From Candidatus Shapirobacteria bacterium (lineage in GTDB: Bacteria; Patescibacteriota; Microgenomatia; UBA12405), in assembly GCA_028704635.1 (NCBI GenBank), contig JAQWFB010000005.1:26223-90222 (forward strand): a stretch of DNA of 64,000 nucleotides. Reading direction: 5' to 3'. The translations under genes were made by a program, and so were the position numbers. Positions 1-9,682 of this stretch are shown in pieces. The notes below the pieces were generated by a model, which saw nothing but the letters and a program-made list of their open reading frames with translations, searched no databases and was not told the origin of the DNA. The first letter of the stretch is position 1; the number at the start of each line of letters is the position of its first letter.

Positions 1-1
1 G

Positions 2-109
2 CTTAAATTTAAAACTATTAAAAATGTTCCTAATGGAATTAAAGAAATAATTAAACTCATTAAGAGCGGTATTTTATCTAATCCTGACGATGAAAAATAT
101 AAAAATTAA
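2..109 (+). CDS. 3' end of an upstream gene running off the window (35 codons, unknown product)
   Basis: Only frame open from the window edge to TAA at 107-109 in stop-rich AT-rich DNA; overlaps the start of the next gene by 20 nt. Confidence 0.3.
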   Translation, partial: LKFKTIKNVPNGIKEIIKLIKSGILSNPDDEKYKN

Positions 110-1268
110 TGAAAAAGATTTTTCTCAACAAATATTAAATCAATTAAAATTAATCTGTCCTGAAAAAAAATTCTACGCTCTACACGAACCTAATTTTGTT
201 GGTAAAGAATGGGAATATGTAAAAGAATGTATCGACACCAAATGGGTTTCATCAGCAGGCAAATTTGTTGATGAATTTGAAAAAAAAATCGCTCAATTTA
301 CAGGAGTAAAATATGCAATAGCCACCTCAAGCGGTACTGCTGCCCTTCATGTTGCCTTGCTTTTGGCTGGAATCAAACCAAATGATGAAGTATTAACTCC
401 CACATTAACATTTGTTGCTACTACCAATGCCATAAAATATTGCAATGCGATACCTCATTTTGTCGATAGTGATTATCAAACTTTAGGTGTAAATCCTAAA
501 AAGTTAGAGAGGTATCTAAAAGAAATTACTATTATTAAAAATAATGAGTGTATTAATAAAAAAACTAATAGAAGAATAAAAGCACTTATTGTAATGCACA
601 CTTTTGGTCATGCAGTCAATTTAACTGAAATAGTCAAAATTGCCAAAAAATATAAAATAGACCTTATAGAAGATGCTGCTGAAGCCTTAGGCACATACTA
701 CAAAAATAAACATGTGGGAAATTGGGGGAAATTATCTATTTTGAGTTTTAATGGAAACAAACTACTGACCACAGGTGGAGGTGGAATGATATTAACCAAT
801 AATAAAACATTAGCCAAAAAAGCTAAATTTATCACCACCACCGCCAAAAAATCACATCCATATTTATTTAATCATAGCGAAATTGGTTTCAATTATCGCT
901 TACCTAATATCAATGCCGCCTTAGGAGTCGCCCAAATGGAATATATAACCCAAACTTTAGAAAAAAAAAGACAATTAGCCCAAAAATATATTGAGATTTT
1001 TCAAGATTTAAAAGGATTAAAAACATTTAACGAACCAAAATATTGTAAAAGTAATTATTGGTTAAATGTATTATTGCTCGATGAACCTAATATAAAATTA
1101 CGAAATCAAATTCTGGAAAAAACTAACTCTAATAACATAATGACTAGACCAGTATGGACTTTAATGCATAAATTACCAATATTTAAGGATTGTCCCAAAA
1201 TGAATTTAAATATTGCTGAAAATATAAGCAAAAGATTAATTAATATGCCAAGTAGTACTTTTTTATGA
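90..1268 (+). CDS. DegT/DnrJ/EryC1/StrS-family PLP-dependent sugar aminotransferase (PglE/WecE-like)
   Basis: Family motifs visible in the translation (..GTAALHVALL.., ..FNYRLPNINAALGVAQMEY..); length and architecture typical. Confidence 0.85.
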   Translation: MKNIKINEKDFSQQILNQLKLICPEKKFYALHEPNFVGKEWEYVKECIDTKWVSSAGKFVDEFEKKIAQFTGVKYAIATSSGTAALHVALLLAGIKPNDEVLTPTLTFVATTNAIKYCNAIPHFVDSDYQTLGVNPKKLERYLKEITIIKNNECINKKTNRRIKALIVMHTFGHAVNLTEIVKIAKKYKIDLIEDAAEALGTYYKNKHVGNWGKLSILSFNGNKLLTTGGGGMILTNNKTLAKKAKFITTTAKKSHPYLFNHSEIGFNYRLPNINAALGVAQMEYITQTLEKKRQLAQKYIEIFQDLKGLKTFNEPKYCKSNYWLNVLLLDEPNIKLRNQILEKTNSNNIMTRPVWTLMHKLPIFKDCPKMNLNIAENISKRLINMPSSTFL

Positions 1269-1903
1269 AATCTAAAATAATAATTATTGGCGGTGGTGGT
1301 CACGCTAAGGTTCTCATAAGTATAATTAAAAAATTAAAATCTTTCGAGACACTCGGTTATACCGACATAGAAAATAAAGGTGAAATATTGGGGGTAAAGT
1401 ACCTTGGAACAGATTCCGTTTTGGAAAAAATTATTATTAAATACCCAAAATGTTCCGCTGTTATAGGAGTTGGTAGAACAAATATAGAAGATAAAAGACA
1501 ATCTATCAAACAAAAATTAATAGATTTAAACTTTTCTTTACCAGTAATTATTTCTCCCACCTCTACAATTAATGAAGACGTAACTATTGGCAAAGGAACA
1601 GTCATATTTGATCGATCTATTGTCAATAGTGGAGCTAGAATAGGTGAAACAGTTATATTAAACACCAACAGTGTTCTCGAACACGATTGTTTTTTGGAGA
1701 ATAATGTTTTTATTGGCCCCAACTCAACCATTTGCGGCGGAGTTTTTATTGACCAAAATTCTTTCATAGGTGCCGGATCAACCATAATTCCAAATATAAA
1801 AATATCCAAAAACTGTTTAATTGGTGCCGGTTCAGTAATTATTAATAATTTAAAAAAACCAGGAACTTATGTTGGTATACCTGGGAAATTAATCAAATTA
1901 TGA
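1265..1903 (+). CDS. PglD/NeuD-family sugar N-acetyltransferase (left-handed beta-helix, hexapeptide repeats)
   Basis: N-terminal IIGGGGHAKV Rossmann-like PglD_N region followed by hexapeptide repeats; 4-nt overlap with the upstream aminotransferase. Confidence 0.8.
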   Translation: MKSKIIIIGGGGHAKVLISIIKKLKSFETLGYTDIENKGEILGVKYLGTDSVLEKIIIKYPKCSAVIGVGRTNIEDKRQSIKQKLIDLNFSLPVIISPTSTINEDVTIGKGTVIFDRSIVNSGARIGETVILNTNSVLEHDCFLENNVFIGPNSTICGGVFIDQNSFIGAGSTIIPNIKISKNCLIGAGSVIINNLKKPGTYVGIPGKLIKL

Positions 1904-2592
1904 AAGCGGTAATACTAGCTGGAGGTTTAGGTACCAGACTTAAACCATTTACAGAAATAATTCCAAAACCATTACTTCCTTTAGGAGAAAAGTCTGTAAT
2001 GGAAATACAAATATCATCCCTTAAACAACATGGATTCAATGATATATATGTAGCAACTAATTATATGTCTGAATATATTGAAGCATTTTTAGGTAATGGT
2101 TCAAAATATGGCGTTAATCTAATATTTAGTAAAGAAACCAAACCACTAGGCACCTGTGGCCCATTAAGTCTTTTAAAAAATGAGTTAAATGAACCATTTG
2201 TATTAATGAATGGAGATATCTTAACTAAATTAAATTTATCTGATTTTTATCAACACTCTATAAAAAATGACTCATTTTTAACAATTGGTACTAAAATAAT
2301 ATCCACACCTTTTAGATTTGGTAATGTTAAAACTGATTCTAATGGATTTGTGATTGATATAGAAGAAAAACCAGAATTAAGTTTTGAAATACTGGCCGGA
2401 ATATATCTTATGAAACCACAAATATTTGAAAATATACCTAATAATGAATACTTTGGTATTGATAATTTAATTAAAAATTTACTTACTAAAAAAGAAAAAA
2501 TATCTAAATACCAAATTAAGGAATATTGGTTAGATATTGGACAAATTGAGGATTATAGTAAGGCAAAGGAAGAAGTAATCAATAACTTTTAA
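1900..2592 (+). CDS. Sugar-phosphate nucleotidyltransferase (short G1P thymidylyl/cytidylyl-transferase-like)
   Basis: N-terminal MKAVILAGGLGTRLKPFT..PKPLLPLG signature of the NTP_transferase family. Confidence 0.75.
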   Translation: MKAVILAGGLGTRLKPFTEIIPKPLLPLGEKSVMEIQISSLKQHGFNDIYVATNYMSEYIEAFLGNGSKYGVNLIFSKETKPLGTCGPLSLLKNELNEPFVLMNGDILTKLNLSDFYQHSIKNDSFLTIGTKIISTPFRFGNVKTDSNGFVIDIEEKPELSFEILAGIYLMKPQIFENIPNNEYFGIDNLIKNLLTKKEKISKYQIKEYWLDIGQIEDYSKAKEEVINNF

Positions 2593-2597
2593 ATTAA

Positions 2598-3725
2598 ATG
2601 GATATTTTAATTTTTGGTAGAAAAGACAGCATTTTTGTCAAGGAGTTAATTAGTGTCATCCATGAGAAATATAATATAAATTTTGAAATAATTGACATAT
2701 TTCATCTTGAACACATTAGTTGTTCTAATAATTTAATTAAAAAAATTATTTCCCTTCCTGCCTTTTTAGATAAACCACTAATCAGATTATTTTTTAGTAT
2801 CCCAATAACCTTCCAATATTTATTAAAAATAAAAAAAAGATATGATATTTGCCATATTGTTTACAAAAAATTCCAATATTGTTTTTTAATAAATTTAATT
2901 TGTCAAAAAGGAAAAAAAACAATAGTAACCATTTTTGGAAGTGACTTTTACAAAAATCATTTAAAATATTTCGATAGAAATTTTTACAATAAAGTTGATT
3001 ATATTACTTTTGCTAATGAACAAACCAAAACTGACTTCAATCATTATTACCATTTTAAATTTAATAACAAAATTAATATTTGTCCCTTTGGGTTACTTGT
3101 CTTAAATAAAATAGATGAAATTAATAAAAAACAAAACTCTCGACAAATCAAAAAAAAACTAGGCTACAATCCAGAAACAATTATTATTATTTGTGGTGGA
3201 AATAGATCTATAAATGAACAACACGAAAAAATAATTAACGAATTGTCTCTATTAAAAAACTTATCCGATATAAAACCAATTGTTTTTATATTCCCTATGA
3301 CATATGGTGGATCATTAAAAAGAGTATTTTTTATTCAAGAATTAATATCTAAAAAAATTCCAAAACTCAACACTAAAATAATTAAAAATTATCAAAACAT
3401 AGACGATGTTGCTCAATTAAGATTAATTACTGATATTCAAATTAATATTAGAAAAACGGATCAACTTTCTGGTGTTATGTTAGAAAATATGTATGTTGGT
3501 GGAGTAATAATCAATGGTAGTTGGTTACCATATAATAATCTTAGTAAAAAAAATATTTATTATGAAAAAATTTCTCAAACAAAACATCTTCATAAAAAGA
3601 TCGAAACTGTTATAAATAATATAGAAAATTACAAAAACAAAACCACCAATAACCATACTACAATCAAAAAACTTTACCATTGGAACACTACATCAAAACT
3701 TTGGTACACTCTATACAACAAATAA
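2598..3725 (+). CDS. Hypothetical protein, possibly a divergent GT-B glycosyltransferase
   Basis: Long ORF in the operon; C-terminal region weakly resembles the GT4 donor-binding region; no firm motif. Confidence 0.3.
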   Translation: MDILIFGRKDSIFVKELISVIHEKYNINFEIIDIFHLEHISCSNNLIKKIISLPAFLDKPLIRLFFSIPITFQYLLKIKKRYDICHIVYKKFQYCFLINLICQKGKKTIVTIFGSDFYKNHLKYFDRNFYNKVDYITFANEQTKTDFNHYYHFKFNNKINICPFGLLVLNKIDEINKKQNSRQIKKKLGYNPETIIIICGGNRSINEQHEKIINELSLLKNLSDIKPIVFIFPMTYGGSLKRVFFIQELISKKIPKLNTKIIKNYQNIDDVAQLRLITDIQINIRKTDQLSGVMLENMYVGGVIINGSWLPYNNLSKKNIYYEKISQTKHLHKKIETVINNIENYKNKTTNNHTTIKKLYHWNTTSKLWYTLYNK

Positions 3726-3726
3726 C

Positions 3727-5025
3727 ATGAATCGCCTAAAAAAAACCATTCAAAGTTTCAATAGTTTAAGAAAACAAAAATTTACTATTGATACAATTTG
3801 GAATTTGGCTAGCACCTTGATACTAGCAGTTAGTGGCATATTAATGAATATTGTTATTGGAAATCAGTTTAAATCTGAAGGTTTAGGTGTTTTCAATCAA
3901 GCATTATCTATATATGGTGTATTATCAATAATTGCAGTTTTTGGTGTCAATTCATCAGTCTTAAAATATAGCGCCCAACATAAAGACAACGATACAAAAT
4001 GCAATGACCTCCTTATATCCTCAATATTATTTACATTGATACTCTCAGTCTCACTAACATTACTATTTTTCTTTATTATTCCCTTTTTGCCATATTTTAA
4101 TAGAAACCCTAACCTTTTATTAGCTACTCGTTTAATAATTTTAGGCATACCATTTTTTTCGATAAACAAAATATTACTTAGTTTTCTAAATGGAATAAGA
4201 AAAATGAAAAGTTATGCCGTGTTTCAATCACTCAGATGGATACTAATTATCATTTTTATTGTGATTATTATTAATATTAAAAAATCAATTGTTTTGGTTT
4301 CGTTAAGTTTTCCATTAACCGAACTATTGCTTTTAATTTCGTTCTTCATCTATATAAAAAACTTTTTTAATTTTAATTTTTGTGTCAATAAATCATGGAT
4401 CAAAAAACATATGGAATTTGGCAGTAAATCTGTTTTTATCAACTCTATCAGTGAACTTAACGACAAAACTGATATTTTAATTATCGGTTTTTTTATGTCT
4501 AATTATTATGTTGGAATCTATAGTTTTGCCTCAAGTATCGCCAAAGGATTGTTAATGTTTTCATCGGTTATACAATTAAACTTTAACCCTATAATTTCTT
4601 ATTTGTGGGGAAAGAAAAAAATCATTAAATTAAATCACTACATAAAAAAAATAAAAAAAATAACTCTACTATTAACAATTCCTATTATTTCCGGAGCAGC
4701 CATATTCTACCCATTTTTTGTAAATATTTTTATGAAAGATAAATCATTTTTAGAAAGTTTTTCTGTTTTCTATATCCTTTTAATAGGGATAGGTATTTTG
4801 TCAATTTTCTATTGGGCATGTGGTTTATTAACTATGGCAGGATATCCAGAAAAACAATTACAAATTACAATTATAATCTTTATTTTCAATATAATCACCA
4901 ATTCTATATTAATCCCAATATTTGGAATTAATGGAGCCGCCATTGCTAATACTCTTTCTTACATTCTGATAATTTGTCTTATATTTTTTATATCAAAGAA
5001 AAAACTGAATATTAGAATTATTTAA
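3727..5025 (+). CDS. Wzx-like polysaccharide flippase (MOP superfamily)
   Basis: About 12 predicted hydrophobic segments; size and hydropathy typical of O-unit flippases; glycan-locus context. Confidence 0.7.
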   Translation: MNRLKKTIQSFNSLRKQKFTIDTIWNLASTLILAVSGILMNIVIGNQFKSEGLGVFNQALSIYGVLSIIAVFGVNSSVLKYSAQHKDNDTKCNDLLISSILFTLILSVSLTLLFFFIIPFLPYFNRNPNLLLATRLIILGIPFFSINKILLSFLNGIRKMKSYAVFQSLRWILIIIFIVIIINIKKSIVLVSLSFPLTELLLLISFFIYIKNFFNFNFCVNKSWIKKHMEFGSKSVFINSISELNDKTDILIIGFFMSNYYVGIYSFASSIAKGLLMFSSVIQLNFNPIISYLWGKKKIIKLNHYIKKIKKITLLLTIPIISGAAIFYPFFVNIFMKDKSFLESFSVFYILLIGIGILSIFYWACGLLTMAGYPEKQLQITIIIFIFNIITNSILIPIFGINGAAIANTLSYILIICLIFFISKKKLNIRII

Positions 5026-5026
5026 T

Positions 5027-7147
5027 ATGGGTTGGAAAAGAGATAAACCACTTTTAATTACATTAGTACTGCTTTTTATCTTTTTTACTGTTATTAATTT
5101 GTTTTTTAGAGATACAGTTGAAGATGAAACTGAGTATATTAAAGAAGCATTGGTTCTATCTGACTGCATAAGGCATGGACAATGGTTTGGGAATTATAGT
5201 GTCGGCCTACATGGATTTTTACTCAAAATCCCTGCCGCAATTATTTTCATGTTTAGTGGACCAAATATTTTTTTAATCAGATCAATCAATGTTATTTTTT
5301 CTCTAGCAAATTGTATTTTATTTTATAAAATCCTTGATAGTAAAAAAATTAATCTCAGTAAATACAAATTTATTGGTGTTATTTTGTTTATTTCTAGTTT
5401 TCAATTTTTGACCACAACACCAACTTTTATAAAAGAGTCATCTTTATTATTTTTTATCCTCTTATTTATTTATGAATTATTAAATAAAAAAAGATTTTGG
5501 TTATTAGGATTATTTCTTCTCTTAATTTTCGACGCCAAAGAATATGTTGCTTTCGTCATATCTCCAGCCATTGGACTTTGGTTAATAATCTCTAGACAAA
5601 AAAATTTTATTCTTCGCTCTATCCAGATTTTTTTTCCTACTATAATTTTTACGGTTTTAATGTTCACGACATCATTAGTACCTCTTAACCCATTTGTAGC
5701 CTCGATTATAAAATTAACCAACGATTCTCAATACCAAAACAGACATTTTTCAGTCGAATATTCCACTGCTAACCTCCAATTATATACAACTAACGAAAAA
5801 GTTTTAAGTCAAAACATGAAAATCTATCAAATTGTAATAAGTTATGTTCAAAAAATCTTATATCCAAAAGTATTTTCACTACTATCTTTACCATTGATAA
5901 TTGTCATTCCTTCCCTTGCAACATCCATTATTTTATTTAACAAATGGCGTAAAACAAAAAAATATGAATTAATGCTCTTACCTCTTATTTTTTGGATATA
6001 CCTAATAGTTTATGTCTTTTATACATCAATAGGCAGGTATCTCTATCCAATATTTCCCATTATTTATATATTTTTCTTATTTTTAATAAAAAATAACAAA
6101 ATTTTTTCCAAACCAATACTCCTGACAATTATTTCTACCTCCGGAATATTAACCATATTGGACGTCTTTTACGACCAAGGGTTCTTGTATATAAAAGCTC
6201 TTCTATATTTATGTTTTTTTATAGGACTAATCTTGATAAGTTTCGATAAATTTAAAAAATTATCATTTTTATATATCTACTGCTTTTGTCTTGTTTCCTT
6301 CGCTTCTACCTTTATATTTTTTATAACTCAAGACCAAATCGCCAACAGCCTTAATTGGGGAATAGACCGTGAATGCCAAGAAATAATCAAAGAATTACCC
6401 GAAAATGGAAAAATACTAATCAATGAATTTGGTTGGAAACAATTACCCAATATTTATATTAATGAAACTTATAATTTACCAGAATGGCAATGGCCACTCA
6501 AAGACTGGGTCCCAAAAAAAACACTATTAAAAACAATAGGGGATCAAAAAATATATAATAATTTATGGTCAACAGAAGAAGAATTAAAAAAAATAATTGA
6601 ATTTAATAATATTGAATATTTAGTTTTTATTGAATCATCTCTGACTGATAATAAATTCTATCGCCAAGGTACAGTAAATTTTGCACTGGGGTTAGAATGG
6701 ACCAAACTAGAAAAAGTTAAAACGTACAAAAACAAATATATATATATTCTCAAAATAATCAATCCAAAAGACAATAAGAATCAATTAAATTTTAAATTAA
6801 AGATAAATAAAAACACAGATCAAAAAAATCTAGGTACTCTCTTTTCTATAAAGAATAATTATGGAAAAGAAGTTATAAGTATCGGACTAATAGAACCAAA
6901 AAAGAATAATAATAAAATTATTATGAAAATAAAGAATAATATTGGGGTTTCTTGCCCTATAAATTGGAAAAATGAAAGTATTTTAAGATTTAAAATTGAT
7001 TCCAATTTAATAATAATTTACCAAGACGATAATTTTATATGCAAAACTATATTAAATAACATCGATTATGACCACATAAAAAATAAAGTCACCATTGGAA
7101 ATGGAATATATGGTAGACTCAATGGAAGTATTAATTTAATTAAATAG
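5027..7147 (+). CDS. GT-C-fold membrane glycosyltransferase-like protein (ArnT/PMT-like) with a C-terminal soluble domain of about 250 aa
   Basis: Polytopic N-terminal domain with an acidic first-loop motif (..RDTVEDETEYI..) as in GT39/GT83 enzymes. Confidence 0.45.
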   Translation: MGWKRDKPLLITLVLLFIFFTVINLFFRDTVEDETEYIKEALVLSDCIRHGQWFGNYSVGLHGFLLKIPAAIIFMFSGPNIFLIRSINVIFSLANCILFYKILDSKKINLSKYKFIGVILFISSFQFLTTTPTFIKESSLLFFILLFIYELLNKKRFWLLGLFLLLIFDAKEYVAFVISPAIGLWLIISRQKNFILRSIQIFFPTIIFTVLMFTTSLVPLNPFVASIIKLTNDSQYQNRHFSVEYSTANLQLYTTNEKVLSQNMKIYQIVISYVQKILYPKVFSLLSLPLIIVIPSLATSIILFNKWRKTKKYELMLLPLIFWIYLIVYVFYTSIGRYLYPIFPIIYIFFLFLIKNNKIFSKPILLTIISTSGILTILDVFYDQGFLYIKALLYLCFFIGLILISFDKFKKLSFLYIYCFCLVSFASTFIFFITQDQIANSLNWGIDRECQEIIKELPENGKILINEFGWKQLPNIYINETYNLPEWQWPLKDWVPKKTLLKTIGDQKIYNNLWSTEEELKKIIEFNNIEYLVFIESSLTDNKFYRQGTVNFALGLEWTKLEKVKTYKNKYIYILKIINPKDNKNQLNFKLKINKNTDQKNLGTLFSIKNNYGKEVISIGLIEPKKNNNKIIMKIKNNIGVSCPINWKNESILRFKIDSNLIIIYQDDNFICKTILNNIDYDHIKNKVTIGNGIYGRLNGSINLIK

Positions 7148-7151
7148 ATAT

Positions 7152-7958
7152 ATGGATTTCGACTATAACAAATACTATAAAAATAAAACAAAAGATTTTT
7201 ATAAATACGAAAAGAAAATCGCTTTTTGGAAAGCCAAACATCTATTAAGTTTAATAAATGACACAACAAATGATAAATCCATTATTGAAATTGGTACGGG
7301 TAATGGAGAAGTACTAAATAACTTTACAAATTTTAAAGTAAAAATAGGAACAGATATTTCTTCGGAAGCAATCAAAAGAAATGTTTATGTAAAAGAATCA
7401 AAAAACATTAAAATAATAGACAAACATATTAATCGTAATGATATAAACAATAGTTTCATTTCCTTTAAAAATGTAATTAAAATTCCTAAGGAAAAATTAT
7501 TTTTATTAATCTTTGATGCTCAAAAAAAAACTGTGTTTGATAATAAATCAGTAGATTACGTTCTAGCCTGTGATATATTAGAACATGTTAAAGACCCAAA
7601 TCAATTATTAAGAGAAATATCAAGGATAGGGAATAAATTCTTATTTAAAATACCTATTGAAAACTGTTTATTAACAAAATTAAGTCTAAAAATTAACAAT
7701 ATTAAATACGAAATTAACCATCCATCAGGACATATTCATTGCTGGAATTTAAAACAAATTCATCAACTATTAAAGAATAATAATATAAAAATAAAAAAAG
7801 AAAAATTTATTCCAATAAATAACGAAACGATAGAAGGAAACTCTATTTTCAAAAAAATTATAATAAATACCATTCTTACATTAGATAAAATAACCATGAG
7901 TCATAATATGTTTTCAAAATGGCTATTGGGTGGAAATGTATTTATTTTAGGAGAATAG
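7152..7958 (+). CDS. Class I SAM-dependent methyltransferase
   Basis: Motif I-like IIEIGTGNGEVL and post-I acidic motif ..VLACDILEHV.. Confidence 0.6.
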   Translation: MDFDYNKYYKNKTKDFYKYEKKIAFWKAKHLLSLINDTTNDKSIIEIGTGNGEVLNNFTNFKVKIGTDISSEAIKRNVYVKESKNIKIIDKHINRNDINNSFISFKNVIKIPKEKLFLLIFDAQKKTVFDNKSVDYVLACDILEHVKDPNQLLREISRIGNKFLFKIPIENCLLTKLSLKINNIKYEINHPSGHIHCWNLKQIHQLLKNNNIKIKKEKFIPINNETIEGNSIFKKIIINTILTLDKITMSHNMFSKWLLGGNVFILGE

Positions 7959-8041
7959 ATTAGAATGAATATTTCAATTCTTTATTATATTCCCATATTA
8001 AAACATACAGAAATAATATTCCTAATATAAATTATTAGTAA

Positions 8042-8149
8042 ACCACCAGTAATAACTCAATCATTGGCGCCAATGCAGCAGTAACCAAAAATGTTATTGC
8101 AAACACTATTGTTGGTGGTGTACCAGCTAAACTTATTAGAAATATTTAA
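8042..8149 (+). pseudogene. 3' remnant (last ~33 codons) of a hexapeptide-repeat acetyltransferase gene
   Basis: Translation ..IIGANAAVTKNVIANTIVGGVPAKLIRNI* is a canonical C-terminus of maltose/galactoside-type O-acetyltransferases and is paralogous to the end of the intact gene at 30294..30887; no upstream beta-helix region or start codon. Confidence 0.5.
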
Positions 8150-9639
8150 TTCTCCAATATTTCTACCTGTCCATTAAACTCTCCAAAAATTCCTTCTTCT
8201 AAAACTAAACTCAAACCATCATCAAACGAAAAACCAGGATTTAATACTTGACCAATTATCCTATCACCCTCTTTAATTACCACTTTATCTTTATCAAAAA
8301 TAAAGTCAATCAATGTTGATTCCTTTGTAATATTTAAAAATGTATTTAAACAGCCAGGTTTTTCAAGAGAATAAATGCGGCCATATTCATCAATCTGTTC
8401 ATTTGTCAAAAAATCTGGATTTTTTATATCATAACCCCAACCTCGAAGATTAGATGTTGTCGCAAATAATTTATTGGAATAAGCAACTAAAGAAGTAACT
8501 CTCTGACCCAAAAAAGCGCTTTCTTCACCTACTAGTTGACCAAGATAAGGGATAAAGGGATCTTCTTCAACAGGATGACTAAACAACCTTGTTGATAAAG
8601 ACCAACTTTTTGACTCATGATCATAAATCATAATTTCACCCCTGGGCCAATAACCAACATATAAATTACCACCATAAATAGCCATCGACTGAGCTTCTCT
8701 ATCAGCATAATCTTTTTCTAAAAAAGGTGATAATAACGAAGGTTTAAAAACTTTTCCATCAAACTCATACAATCTGCCAGTAGGCCATGCACCTATCAAT
8801 GTTTTTCCATCATAATAAATAGAACTATAAAATTGTTTTCCTCTAGGTTTGTCAAGTATTTTTTTTGACAATCCCTCATCACAATAATAATTCTCATTTT
8901 CATGTTCACTCGCCTGACACCAACCCTTTCCGTCAAAAATCAAAATCGATCCATAATTTGTAATAGCAATTACTTTACCATTGTTTTCAGCATAAATATA
9001 AGGCCACGTACCTTTATATATCTCAATGCGAAAACAATCACCTTTATTAAACCGATCTTTACAGGCAACAACAAAATTATTATCCAAACCAAAAATAAAA
9101 CCGTTGGCATAAAATTTATTATCATAATTCATATCATTATTAAGTTGAAATAAATTTTCATCAAGTGACGTGTTAATTTTTAACTTATCATCGTCAAGTT
9201 TATAAACATTTCCATTTGCCATATCCTTAAAAAGGATACAATTTTCTTTTACAAAAGAAAATCCTGTTTTAAATTTTTTTGAAGGCTTACCAATAGTCTT
9301 AAAATTACTTTCCATTTTTTTCGTCAAACCATCCTGTTGTTTAACAAAAAAACTCATTTCTCCAGGTTGATAACCAGAATAAGTATTCCAATAACGTATA
9401 AAACCTGCCGAAGCCACGATATTACCTTGCTTGGTTTTCAAAGAAAAAATAGTTCCAAAAGGAGGAGTATTTTTTTTATCATAAAATATTTTAAAGGATA
9501 ATTTCTGATTAGCAACAACATCTGATTCAAAAAAATTTGATATCTTTGTCGTTTTATTAGACCAATTATTTACCAATAAAAAAATAACACTAATTACCAT
9601 GAATATAAACACGGATATAAATAATTTTTTATATTTCAT
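8146..9639 (-). CDS. Hypothetical exported/membrane-anchored protein with repeated G-x-W-P-x-G aromatic motifs (possible beta-propeller)
   Basis: N-terminal signal anchor (MKYKKLFISVFIFMVISVIFLLV); internal repeats ..YVGYWPRGEIMIYD.., ..IGAWPTGRLYEFD.. Confidence 0.5.
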   Translation of the reverse strand: MKYKKLFISVFIFMVISVIFLLVNNWSNKTTKISNFFESDVVANQKLSFKIFYDKKNTPPFGTIFSLKTKQGNIVASAGFIRYWNTYSGYQPGEMSFFVKQQDGLTKKMESNFKTIGKPSKKFKTGFSFVKENCILFKDMANGNVYKLDDDKLKINTSLDENLFQLNNDMNYDNKFYANGFIFGLDNNFVVACKDRFNKGDCFRIEIYKGTWPYIYAENNGKVIAITNYGSILIFDGKGWCQASEHENENYYCDEGLSKKILDKPRGKQFYSSIYYDGKTLIGAWPTGRLYEFDGKVFKPSLLSPFLEKDYADREAQSMAIYGGNLYVGYWPRGEIMIYDHESKSWSLSTRLFSHPVEEDPFIPYLGQLVGEESAFLGQRVTSLVAYSNKLFATTSNLRGWGYDIKNPDFLTNEQIDEYGRIYSLEKPGCLNTFLNITKESTLIDFIFDKDKVVIKEGDRIIGQVLNPGFSFDDGLSLVLEEGIFGEFNGQVEILEN

Positions 9640-9682
9640 AAAATATGAAATAATTTTAAATAACTTTAATAAACATTTACTG

